A DNA stretch of 64,000 nt, taken from assembly GCA_965240465.1 (NCBI GenBank), contig OZ251219.1:352001-416000 (forward strand), read 5' to 3'. This document shows, piece after piece, positions 48,790 through 58,103 of this stretch. The number at the start of each line of letters is the position of its first letter. Position 1 is the stretch's first letter. This stretch comes from a bacterium (GTDB lineage Bacteria > SAR324 > JACQKK01). The notes under the pieces are model-generated. The model searched no databases and was not told where the DNA came from. It saw only the letters and a list, made by a program, of their open reading frames with translations. The position numbers were made by a program, and so were the translations under genes.

Positions 48790-50193
48790 TTGGCGAGGTC
48801 TAAAAAACCATTGAAGACCTGGAAAAACATCCTTTGCATCGGGGCTGGACATGTAGGGGGGCCCTCCATGGCTGTTTTTGCCGATAAATTGCCTGATATA
48901 AATTTCTGCGTCCTGGATACCAATGCCGACCGCATTGCTCAGTGGAATTCATCTGCGTTGCCCATTTTTGAGCCTGGACTTACTGAGATTATCAATCGTA
49001 CTCGGGGTCGCAATTTATTCTTTGAAGTTCCATCTGCCAAAGCCTTTACGGATGCTGACATGATTTTCATCAGTGTTAACACTCCGACCAAAACTAGCGG
49101 GGAGGGAGCCCACCTGGCCAGCGAGTTGTGCTATTGGGAGCAAAGTGCCCGTAGCATAATGGAACACACCATCAAAGATGTCGTGGTAGTAGAAAAGAGC
49201 ACCGTACCCCTTTATACCGCCAATGCCATTGAGAAGATTTTTAAGACCGATACTAAGAAACGTCGTTTTGTGGTGCTATCCAACCCCGAATTCTTGGCAG
49301 AAGGTACCGCCATAAAAGATTTGGAAAACCCAGACCGAGTACTAATCGGTGGTAACCAAGACCATCATAGCCAACAAGCTGTCAGTTTATTAAGTAGCTT
49401 ATACTCTCGCTGGATCCCTAAAGAACGCATCCTGCACACCAATGTGTGGAGCGGTGAACTTTCCAAATTGACCGCCAATGCTATGCTCGCCCAGCGTATT
49501 TCCTCTATCAATGCCATTTCCGCTCTCTGTGAAAAAAGTGGAGCAGTCATAAATCATATTAGTCGTGTCATTGGCATGGACCATCGGCTAGGACCACATT
49601 TTCTGGAAGCTGGCATAGGATTCGGAGGCTCCTGTTTCCGTAAAGACATCCTCAGTCTGGTGTATATCCTATCCCAGCACGGACTTAGTGCCGAATCCGA
49701 CTACTGGAAACAGGTGATAACCCTCAATGACCACCAACTGCATCGCTTCTTCCAACTTATCCTCAGCACACTCTTTAACACCATTACCAATAAAAAAATC
49801 GCTGTCTTGGGAACTTCCTTTAAGCCCCATACCAATGATACCCGCGACTCACCCGCCATTAACCTCTGTAGGAAACTCCTAAAAGAAAATGCCAACCTAT
49901 CCATCTGCGACCCCCAAGCCATAGATAATACCCAAACTGAACTCGGCTTAACTGCCGATCATCCCCAACTTTCCTTCACCACCGATCCCTACCAAGCCAC
50001 TAAAGACGCCCACGCCATCATCCTTATGACCCACTGGCCTCAATTTGAATCCCTCAACTACCAACGTATCCTCCAAAAAATGACCCCCCCACCCTTCTTC
50101 TTTGACGGACGAGGAAAAATGCCTCTTGCTAAACTCCAGCAACTAGGATTTCACGTCCATGCCATCGGTCACCCCCCCTTGCTACCATCCTAA
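48790..50193 (+). CDS. ugd: UDP-glucose 6-dehydrogenase
   Basis: IGAGHVGGP, SVNTPT, EKSTVP, SNPEFLAEG, ELSKL.ANA.LAQRISSIN, GFGGSCF.KD, FKP.T.D.R.SP, FDGR. Confidence 0.93.
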   Translation: MARSKKPLKTWKNILCIGAGHVGGPSMAVFADKLPDINFCVLDTNADRIAQWNSSALPIFEPGLTEIINRTRGRNLFFEVPSAKAFTDADMIFISVNTPTKTSGEGAHLASELCYWEQSARSIMEHTIKDVVVVEKSTVPLYTANAIEKIFKTDTKKRRFVVLSNPEFLAEGTAIKDLENPDRVLIGGNQDHHSQQAVSLLSSLYSRWIPKERILHTNVWSGELSKLTANAMLAQRISSINAISALCEKSGAVINHISRVIGMDHRLGPHFLEAGIGFGGSCFRKDILSLVYILSQHGLSAESDYWKQVITLNDHQLHRFFQLILSTLFNTITNKKIAVLGTSFKPHTNDTRDSPAINLCRKLLKENANLSICDPQAIDNTQTELGLTADHPQLSFTTDPYQATKDAHAIILMTHWPQFESLNYQRILQKMTPPPFFFDGRGKMPLAKLQQLGFHVHAIGHPPLLPS

Positions 50194-50605
50194 GACCAGT
50201 CTGGTTCCCGTTTTACGCTTCTTCTTTGACGGACGAGGAAAAATGCCCCTTGCTAAACTCCAGTAACTAGGATTTCATGTCCATGCCATCGGTCACCCCC
50301 CCCCCCCTTGCTACCATCCTAAAACCAGTCTGGTTCCCATTTTACGCTTCTTCTTTGACGGACGAGGAAAAATGCCTCTTGCTAAACTCCAGCAACTAGG
50401 ATTTCACGTCCATGCCATCGGTCACCCCCCTTTGCTACCATCCTAAAACCAGTCTGGTTCCCATTTTACGCTTCTTCTTTGACGGACGAGGAAAAATGCC
50501 CCTTGCTAAACTCCAGTAACTAGGATTTCATGTCCATGCCATCGGTCACCCCCCCCCCCCCCCTTGCTACCATCCTAAAACCAGTCTGGTTCCCATTTTA
50601 CGCTT
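50094..50605. repeat. About 124-133-bp tandem repeat x4 of the ugd 3' end plus downstream spacer
   Basis: Copies start at 50094, 50218, 50347 and 50471; poly-C tracts are 7, 12, 6 and 15 nt long. Confidence 0.93.
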
Positions 50606-51554
50606 AGGCAGGAGCATCCTGTCTATGCTCCATGGTTGCAATTAATTGACTGTTTTCAATATCTTCACCATGAGTCCTAATGGCATAAGTAAAAAACACC
50701 AAGCCCACTGACAATAAATACAGCATTGAACCCATAGTCCACATCAAGGCAGCCCCTAAGCGTTGATCTTCTAACACGCTAAAACCCCAGCTGCCATTTG
50801 TCACCGTTTCATAGCCATATAGGGAAACCTCGGCAAAAACAATCATGGCACTTATAATTGAATTGATGATCGTAGCTCCAAATATCCCGAGGCAGATCAC
50901 CAAAGGATGCAGCTTCTTCTTAAGAGGATAAGGCTGTACCACGTTCAACCAAAAGAAAAAGGCTCCAAATATAAAACAAAAATGCTGCAAATAATGAAAT
51001 CCCTCATTAAACAAAGCTAATTTATAAAAAGTCGGAAAATGCCACCCTATCTGTACCACCTCAAATAACACCAAAGAAGGCAGCATCAGCATCAGCAATT
51101 TCCAAGTGCCCCGCAAAGGACCCCAACGCGCCAAAGAAGGTATTAAACTCCTGCGTACCCGCTCAGGCAAACCATATAACACCGCCAACAAAGGTGAACT
51201 CAGCATCAATAAAGGAACAATTACCAGCATCATTAGCATGTGCTGAACCATATGCGCGGAAAAATAATAGCCCGCCAAATAATCAATAGGGCCAGCCAAA
51301 GCCATCACCGATAACAAAACCGACAACCAAAACGAAACCTGCCGCCAACCATTCCAAATCGCCCGATGCCTCAAACTGCCGCGTCGCAAACGATAACTAC
51401 CCCGCATATAACAAATCGCTACCAACAACACCAACAACAGTGAGGGGTCAAAACCCCAATGACTCCATAACGCACCCCCCATAGAATCAACCACCCCTTC
51501 AGTTTCTAGTCCCCCATGTGCATACGCCAACATTAATCGTATTCTCCCGATCAA
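50604..51554 (-). CDS. ctaG: Cytochrome c oxidase caa3 assembly factor (Caa3_CtaG family)
   Basis: FSAHMVQHM, WH.P..Y, H..QH, DQ.LG..LMW. Confidence 0.88.
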   Translation of the reverse strand: MIGRIRLMLAYAHGGLETEGVVDSMGGALWSHWGFDPSLLLVLLVAICYMRGSYRLRRGSLRHRAIWNGWRQVSFWLSVLLSVMALAGPIDYLAGYYFSAHMVQHMLMMLVIVPLLMLSSPLLAVLYGLPERVRRSLIPSLARWGPLRGTWKLLMLMLPSLVLFEVVQIGWHFPTFYKLALFNEGFHYLQHFCFIFGAFFFWLNVVQPYPLKKKLHPLVICLGIFGATIINSIISAMIVFAEVSLYGYETVTNGSWGFSVLEDQRLGAALMWTMGSMLYLLSVGLVFFTYAIRTHGEDIENSQLIATMEHRQDAPA

Positions 51555-51596
51555 GAAGCGATTTTAACTAACCAGACAACCCCGCGATCGCCTATC

Positions 51597-51914
51597 TCAA
51601 GCAACCGCAGGACGAACAACAGGATGAGCAATTAAAAAGAGGGACATCAAGGCAAGTAGCAAGCCTAATCCGATCAGCACCGCAATGCTGAGTAAGCGAT
51701 AAAAAATAGGGTGGTCAAATTTCAGGTGCATGTAGAACATCACTACCAGCAGAAACTTAGATCCAGATAACACCAGCAGCAAAGGCACAAAGAATGGCTT
51801 AACAGCCTCCACATAAAATAAAACAAACTCGGCAAAAGTAACCAAACACAAAATAACCGCCACCCTAACATAAGTAATCATCCTCGGATGCTTATGAGCA
51901 ACTTTAACATTCAT
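51597..51914 (-). CDS. Cytochrome c oxidase subunit IV
   Basis: Three TM helices, KF.LVV.FYMHLKFD. Confidence 0.85.
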   Translation of the reverse strand: MNVKVAHKHPRMITYVRVAVILCLVTFAEFVLFYVEAVKPFFVPLLLVLSGSKFLLVVMFYMHLKFDHPIFYRLLSIAVLIGLGLLLALMSLFLIAHPVVRPAVA

Positions 51915-51953
51915 AGCAAATACCCTCAGTCATTCAGCAAAAATCTACCAGTC

Positions 51954-52553
51954 CTAAACAAAAACAAATAAATAAACTACGGTGAAAATTACAATCCAAA
52001 TAACATCCACAAAGTGCCAGTAAAGAGCCATTGTCTCCACCTTAATAGCTCCGTCTTCAACCAAGCCACCCCGTAAAGAAGTCACAAACAATGATAATAA
52101 CCAAATCACCCCCACCGTCACATGAACTCCATGGGTACCCGTCAGCAAAAAGAAACTTCCCCCAAATACATTGGTCGATAAACCTAATCCCTGATGCACA
52201 AACTCAGTAAATTCATAAGCCTGAAAACCTAAAAATATCAGCCCGCCCAAAGCAGTAACCAGTATCCAGCGGCGAAAAGCCACCATATTGCCAGCCTGTA
52301 TGCTCGACAAACCCAGCACTACCGAAAAAGAACTCATCAGCAGTACGAAAGTACTAATGGTGGTAATAGGAATGTTCAAAACATCTTTGGGATGCGGACC
52401 CACCACGCTGGCATTGCGATAAATCATATACGTGGCAATCAGAATGCCAAATAATATGCACTCCGAAGTGATTAAAATCCACATGCCCAGTTTGCGATTG
52501 TCTACTCCGAGGCTGGTGTGATGGTCGCTCAAAACATTCTCCTTAATATACAA
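51954..52553 (-). CDS. ctaE: Cytochrome c oxidase subunit III
   Basis: GMW....SE, F.GFQAYEF, TGTHGVHV, YWHFVD.IW. Confidence 0.92.
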   Translation of the reverse strand: MYIKENVLSDHHTSLGVDNRKLGMWILITSECILFGILIATYMIYRNASVVGPHPKDVLNIPITTISTFVLLMSSFSVVLGLSSIQAGNMVAFRRWILVTALGGLIFLGFQAYEFTEFVHQGLGLSTNVFGGSFFLLTGTHGVHVTVGVIWLLSLFVTSLRGGLVEDGAIKVETMALYWHFVDVIWIVIFTVVYLFVFV

Positions 52554-52619
52554 TTCTGTTGTGGTTACAATTAATATACAATTTCTACCCTGCTAAGAGG
52601 CACTGCCGAAACCGATTAT

Positions 52620-54419
52620 TTAGTCTTCAAAAGGCTGGAAAGCCCAAGCATAAACGCCTATAAAAATAAATGGTATCCCCACAAAGCTCAGCCAGAATCC
52701 ATAGATAAAGCCACTAGCTAACATTCCTAATCCCAGGGCAGTGACCAGCGGCCAAATGCTGGGATTAGGCAATTTAACTTGGGCATTTTTTGGTTCGGGC
52801 TTAAAGTTTTTCAGTTGGTATTTGCGATGCCAGAACTCATCCAAGGTGGTGACTTGAGGAAGTTGGGCAAAATTATAGACTGGCGGAGGAGATGCAATAG
52901 ACCACTCCAGCGTGCGAGCATCCCAAGGATCGGCAGGAGATAATTCCCCCTCTTTTAGGCTACGCTTAAAATTATAAAGGGTCAGTAAAAAACCAGCCAT
53001 GGTCATATAAGCCCCGATGGATATCCAAAAATTCCAGAAATCTAGCCCAGCCTCAGCTGGGTAAGTGAACACCCTACGAGGCATGCCTTCCACTCCCAAG
53101 AAATGCATGGGGAAGAAGGTGAGGTTCACGCCCAAAAGAACTACCCAAAAAGAAAGATTACCCAAGCGTTCACTGAGTAAACGCCCAGTAAACTTGGGAT
53201 ACCAATAGTGTAAGCCAGCTAAAATTCCCATCAAGGCTCCCCCCACCAGCACATAATGAAAATGGGCTACCACAAAATAAGAATCCTGTTGCTGAGAATC
53301 TATCGGAGGAGAAGCATGCATAATACCGCTAAGACCCCCCACAGTAAAGGTCACAATAAAAGCCACCGCATATTTACAAGCAGTAGTAAAACGAATGTTA
53401 CCACCCACCAAAGTAAAGATCCAATTGAATATCTTAACCCCCGTAGGAATGGCAATTAACATGGTCGCAGAAGCAAACAAGGCATCCGCCCAGGGGCCCA
53501 TGCCAACAGTAAACATGTGATGCGCCCAAACGCTAAAACCCAAAAACCCAATCGCAATCACCGCCAATACCATAGTGGGATAGCCAAATAATGGCTTGCG
53601 AGCAAAAGTCGGTAGCACCTCTGAAACCATACCCATAGCTGGTAAAATAAGAACGTACACCTCAGGATGTCCAAAAACCCAAAACAAATGCTGCCACAGC
53701 AATACACTGCTCCCCCCAGTAGCATCAAAGAAATGAGTGCCAAAAAAGCGGTCAAAAGTAAGCTGCACTAAGGCAATCGCAATCACTGGCAGGGCTAGCA
53801 ACAATAAAAAATTGGTGATGAGAACCGTCCAAGTGAAAATAGGCATCCGCATTAGGCTCATCCCCGGAGCCCGCATGTTAAAAATAGTCGCAATAAAATT
53901 GATGGAAGCAATCAACGAAGCCAACCCCAGCAACTGTAAGCCCATCATCCAGTAGTCGGTGCTTGCCCCAGGAGAATACTCCAAAGAAGTCAAATTAGCA
54001 TAGCCAAACCAACCTACATCGGGAACATTACCCGACAAAAATCCCAAATTTAAGAGCACCCCACCAAAAATAAAAATCCAATAACTCAAGGCATTAAGAC
54101 GCGGAAAAGCCACATCCCTAGCCCCAATCTGCAAGGGAACAATATAATTAAACAAAGCCGCGTTAATGGGCATCACGAACAAAAAGATCATGGTAGTCCC
54201 ATGCATGGTGAACATGCTGTTATAAAAATCGGCACTGAGAAAATCGTTGTTGGGTACTATCAACTGAGTCCGAATTAGCACCGCTTCCACCCCACCTATG
54301 AAAAAAAACACCAGGGCACTCAAACCATATAACCAGCCAATCCGCTTGTGATCCACCGTGGTCAACCAGCTCCATACACAGCTGTCCCTGAGTACTCTAT
54401 TTAAGACCATCTTGCTCAT
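52620..54419 (-). CDS. ctaD: Cytochrome c oxidase subunit I (A1-type)
   Basis: TVDHKRIG, TMHGT.M, AFPRLN, FGHPEVY, VWAHHM, VVAHFHY, GMPRR. Confidence 0.96.
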   Translation of the reverse strand: MSKMVLNRVLRDSCVWSWLTTVDHKRIGWLYGLSALVFFFIGGVEAVLIRTQLIVPNNDFLSADFYNSMFTMHGTTMIFLFVMPINAALFNYIVPLQIGARDVAFPRLNALSYWIFIFGGVLLNLGFLSGNVPDVGWFGYANLTSLEYSPGASTDYWMMGLQLLGLASLIASINFIATIFNMRAPGMSLMRMPIFTWTVLITNFLLLLALPVIAIALVQLTFDRFFGTHFFDATGGSSVLLWQHLFWVFGHPEVYVLILPAMGMVSEVLPTFARKPLFGYPTMVLAVIAIGFLGFSVWAHHMFTVGMGPWADALFASATMLIAIPTGVKIFNWIFTLVGGNIRFTTACKYAVAFIVTFTVGGLSGIMHASPPIDSQQQDSYFVVAHFHYVLVGGALMGILAGLHYWYPKFTGRLLSERLGNLSFWVVLLGVNLTFFPMHFLGVEGMPRRVFTYPAEAGLDFWNFWISIGAYMTMAGFLLTLYNFKRSLKEGELSPADPWDARTLEWSIASPPPVYNFAQLPQVTTLDEFWHRKYQLKNFKPEPKNAQVKLPNPSIWPLVTALGLGMLASGFIYGFWLSFVGIPFIFIGVYAWAFQPFED

Positions 54420-54528
54420 ACCTTCTCATACCTTCTCATACCTGCTCATTCTTGCTCATACCTTCTCATACCTGCTCATTCTTGCTCATACCTTCTCATA
54501 CCTGCTCATACCTCTCATACCTTCTCAT
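54411..54528. repeat. 10-bp-unit tandem array (about 12 units, ccttctcata / cctgctcatt / cttgctcata) ending in the ctaD start codon
   Basis: Read directly; on the minus strand the units read about aggtATGag. Confidence 0.88.
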
Positions 54529-54555
54529 GAAGTATCACCTAGCTGGAAATAGCAG

Positions 54556-56040
54556 TCATAGGGAAAGCAAATAGCTAGCTAATTCATCTATTTCCGCCTC
54601 CGACAAAGCAACCGCCGCTGGCATGCCAGTCCCCGGCTTGATGGACTGAGGGTCCTTGAGCCACTTCTTTAGATTATCAGCATTTAATTCCAGCAAGCCC
54701 ACTATCTTATCCCTAGACCCAAATCCAGCCAAAGATGGACCTATTATTCCTTGGGCCTTGGGAATATCGGGAATGATATGACAAGTCCAGCAAATCCCCT
54801 TTTCAATGATATTCTGAACCTCCCCCCCCACCCCCTCAGTAGCTGCACCTTGCCCCTGCACCTGCTCTTGATCTTGATCTTGCCCCTGCTCTTGATCTTG
54901 GCTTCTAGCAACCAAATCCGAGGCATTTTTCTGGGCTTTGGCACCCCCCGGGAAACTAAGCAGATAAGCCGCCAGCTGATCGGCTTCCACAAAGTTAATA
55001 TCCAGCCTCTTATAACTGATAGTGCCTTTTTCGTCTTTGGTAGCCAAACCCATTTTCACCTTAGGCTTGATCACCTGAGGATTATGAATCCAGCGAGCTA
55101 AGTTCTCCCGATTGTTCACCAATACCCCACCTGATAAATACCTCCTAGTGGGTAAATTGCTTAAATTAGGACCCAACTTCCCCACCGCAGCTGGATTCCC
55201 AGAAATGCTATGGCAAGTCACGCAAATTTTCTCGGTGAATAACTGCTCTCCCCTACGAGCATCCACGGTGACCGCTACTGGTGGCTGTTGCTGTTGAATG
55301 ATCCATTGCTCGTATTTTTTTTCTGGTACCACATGCACCACAAAACGCATCAATGCATGGGAAGTACCACAATACTCGGCACATTGACCATAATACGTGC
55401 CTTCTCTCTCGGTGGTGAACCATAGACTGTTCACTCTACCGGGAATGTTATCCTTTTTGCCCTGCAACTGAGGAACCCAAAAAGAGTGGATCACATCATT
55501 GGTGGTAGTCTCCACTACCACCGTCCGATGAAGGGGAAGGTACATCTCATTGGCAGATCTAACCCCCGTATCAGGATACTCAAACTCCCACCACCACTGA
55601 TTCCCTATCGCCCGTACCAATAAAATATCCTCATCTGGCGGGTAAGCCGCCCGAAAAATAGCCTGCCAAGTAGGCACCGCAATGAAAATCAAGATCACAG
55701 TGGGAATGATGAACCAAGCAATCTCCAACTTGGCTGAGCCATGCACCTGCTTAGGAATATCCTTCTCCTTCCCCTTCCTAGCCCGAAAACTAAACCCAGC
55801 CCAGCCCAATAAGACCACCACCACCACAAAAATCACCACCGTGATGTAAGTCACCAGCACATAAAGATCATGGATAACCCAAGCCGAATCAGTCTGAGGC
55901 TCAACAGTCGTCTGAGGAGTACCCCCAAAGCAACTCCCCAACCACAGGACGCAAATCCCGCTGATCCCCATCCATAATCCGTTAAGTACGTATCTCAAGA
56001 ATAGCAAGGCCGCAAAGAAAATTCTGGGGTACAAAGACAC
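54556..56040 (-). CDS. ctaC: Cytochrome c oxidase subunit II with two C-terminal cytochrome c domains
   Basis: QWWWEFEY, DVIHSFWVP, CAEYCGTSHALM (CuA), plus CVTCH and CWTCH heme motifs. Confidence 0.92.
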   Translation of the reverse strand: MSLYPRIFFAALLFLRYVLNGLWMGISGICVLWLGSCFGGTPQTTVEPQTDSAWVIHDLYVLVTYITVVIFVVVVVLLGWAGFSFRARKGKEKDIPKQVHGSAKLEIAWFIIPTVILIFIAVPTWQAIFRAAYPPDEDILLVRAIGNQWWWEFEYPDTGVRSANEMYLPLHRTVVVETTTNDVIHSFWVPQLQGKKDNIPGRVNSLWFTTEREGTYYGQCAEYCGTSHALMRFVVHVVPEKKYEQWIIQQQQPPVAVTVDARRGEQLFTEKICVTCHSISGNPAAVGKLGPNLSNLPTRRYLSGGVLVNNRENLARWIHNPQVIKPKVKMGLATKDEKGTISYKRLDINFVEADQLAAYLLSFPGGAKAQKNASDLVARSQDQEQGQDQDQEQVQGQGAATEGVGGEVQNIIEKGICWTCHIIPDIPKAQGIIGPSLAGFGSRDKIVGLLELNADNLKKWLKDPQSIKPGTGMPAAVALSEAEIDELASYLLSL

Positions 56041-56060
56041 TTATAGATAAATAGTGAAGG

Positions 56061-56144
56061 CTACTTTGTCAAGTATATTTCTGCTTTGTCAAATATATTT
56101 CTAATTTGTCAAGTATATTTCTAATTTGTCAAGTATATTCCTAC
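56061..56144. repeat. 20-bp tandem repeat x4, each unit carrying TTGACA on the minus strand, upstream of ctaC
   Basis: Units about cta(c/a)tttgtcaagtatattt; tgtcaa is the reverse complement of TTGACA. Confidence 0.85.
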
Positions 56145-56158
56145 TCAAGTACACCACC

Positions 56159-57424
56159 CTAGCGTACCTTTAGATATATCACCATAGCTATTACCAGCAA
56201 CCACAGCGACCATACGTGCAAATGCCAAACTACTCGGCTATTGACCTGAGTAGGATCACGTAAGCGGTCTTCGGGCTGGGGAGATCGTAATCCCACCACC
56301 TCTAGCATATTAGCCCAGAGCGATCGCACTCCGTTTTGTTCGCTGGAGGCACTCCAAAGCACCTGCAAATGATGATGATAAGGAGCTCGGTAGAAAAAAC
56401 GGAGTTGCTCGGCGATTTTTCGTCCGCGGGTGCGAAGCATAATTTGAAAGAAGACCCGTTGAATAATGGAAGACAAGGTGATCAAGACAAACACTCCTCC
56501 CACTAAGGGCAAAAATAACTCCGTCTTGGTGAATATAAACATGGTCGCCAAGGCACTGCCAAATGACAAGGCCCCCGAGTCGCCCAAGGTAATCATGGCA
56601 GGAGGAGCATTAAAGCGTAAGAAAATCAATCCTGCACTGAACATCGCCGCCGCAAAGACGACCACTTCACGTACCTCAACCGGCAACGGAGGCAACAACA
56701 GGCGTTCTTGAATAGAAGGATTGGTACCCGCATAGGCAGCCACCACCACAAATAACACTGCCGTTAAAAATGGTACAATCGCCAAGGAATCCAGACCATC
56801 GGTAAGATTAACCGCATTGGCACAACCAACAATCATGAAAATCATGAAGGGAATAAATACATAGCGAGGTAAATAAGGATACCACCATTTCAAGGGGATA
56901 AGCGGCACTACCAAATGTCCATCCACATCCACTTGATGATAGAATACCACCACCACCACCGATGCTAGAAAAAATTGCAACAAGATACGCCACCAGCCTC
57001 CCAAACCGTCTGCCTTGCTAGTGTAAGATTTCTTATTCGCCAAACCGCTGAGAACCCGACGACGATGGCGTACCTTGCTCCAATCATCCAGAGCCCCTAC
57101 TCCCGCAAAAGATACCAACACCAACACCAATGCCAAAGTGAACTGATTCACCTGCATCCACAGTAACGCGGAAAATACTACTCCCAATACTAAAACCACT
57201 CCCCCGCCCAACGGCTTGGGACCCATATAAGGCTCGGGCGGAACACTAGGAGGAACAGCAACTTGGAGATCCCCAAAAATCTCGTTCAGGCGTAACCAGC
57301 GAATAAAGGAAGGCATTAGCACAGACACCAATACATAGGTGGACACAAATGCCATCCCACCCCTAAATGATACCGAACGAAAAATCTGGTATGGCCAAAA
57401 AGAATATAATAACTCCGCCAACAT
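56159..57424 (-). CDS. mraY: Phospho-N-acetylmuramoyl-pentapeptide transferase (divergent MraY-like)
   Basis: GALDD, ANAVNLTDGLD, FLRFNAPPA...GDSG, RAPYHHH; ends in LKVR. Confidence 0.8.
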   Translation of the reverse strand: MLAELLYSFWPYQIFRSVSFRGGMAFVSTYVLVSVLMPSFIRWLRLNEIFGDLQVAVPPSVPPEPYMGPKPLGGGVVLVLGVVFSALLWMQVNQFTLALVLVLVSFAGVGALDDWSKVRHRRRVLSGLANKKSYTSKADGLGGWWRILLQFFLASVVVVVFYHQVDVDGHLVVPLIPLKWWYPYLPRYVFIPFMIFMIVGCANAVNLTDGLDSLAIVPFLTAVLFVVVAAYAGTNPSIQERLLLPPLPVEVREVVVFAAAMFSAGLIFLRFNAPPAMITLGDSGALSFGSALATMFIFTKTELFLPLVGGVFVLITLSSIIQRVFFQIMLRTRGRKIAEQLRFFYRAPYHHHLQVLWSASSEQNGVRSLWANMLEVVGLRSPQPEDRLRDPTQVNSRVVWHLHVWSLWLLVIAMVIYLKVR

Positions 57425-57492
57425 TTCACTTCTTCCTTATCACAATAATACCATCATATGCCCTACTGGCAAGCTCATAACCACCTCCACCC

Positions 57493-58068
57493 CTATCCCG
57501 ATAACAAAACCTCCTCCTTTTGCTTGATTATCTTTTCTGCAGTATCAATCCATTTATCGGTGGCTTGTTGATTCTCCACTTCCAGATCATGCAACTTGTC
57601 TTTGGATAACTGCTTGTCGCGCTCCAGCTGTTTCAGATGTTCATTGCTATCGCGGCGGGCATGGCGAATGGAAATTTTGGCGTCCTCACCCAATTTGTGT
57701 ACATGCCGAACCAGCTCCTTACGGCGTTCTTCGGTCAGCATCGGCACCTGCACCCGCACCAAACCATTGTCTACCAAAGCATCCAAACCCAAGCCCGCTT
57801 GATTAATCGCTTTGGCAACCTCGGGCAAAATGGCAGCCTCATAGGGAGATACCACCAGAGTTTGAGCATCAGGGGAACTAAAATTAGCTAACTGACGCAA
57901 TGGAGTCTGCTGCTCATAGTAAGTAACCATCACCGAACCCAGCATATCAGGAGCAAGACGTCCACTGCGTACCATTTCTAGCTCTTGCTTTAGATAATCC
58001 ACTGCCTGCGACATTTTTTTAATGCTCTCATCAAGCAATAAAGTCGTTTCAATCTCATCCATCATCAT
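57493..58068 (-). CDS. frr: Ribosome recycling factor
   Basis: R.GR, V.YY...TPL.QLAN, P.LTEERRKELV, RHARRD. Confidence 0.95.
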   Translation of the reverse strand: MMMDEIETTLLLDESIKKMSQAVDYLKQELEMVRSGRLAPDMLGSVMVTYYEQQTPLRQLANFSSPDAQTLVVSPYEAAILPEVAKAINQAGLGLDALVDNGLVRVQVPMLTEERRKELVRHVHKLGEDAKISIRHARRDSNEHLKQLERDKQLSKDKLHDLEVENQQATDKWIDTAEKIIKQKEEVLLSG

Positions 58069-58103
58069 CTCCTATGTAAAAAATTAATCAGGGCAAATTG
58101 GCA

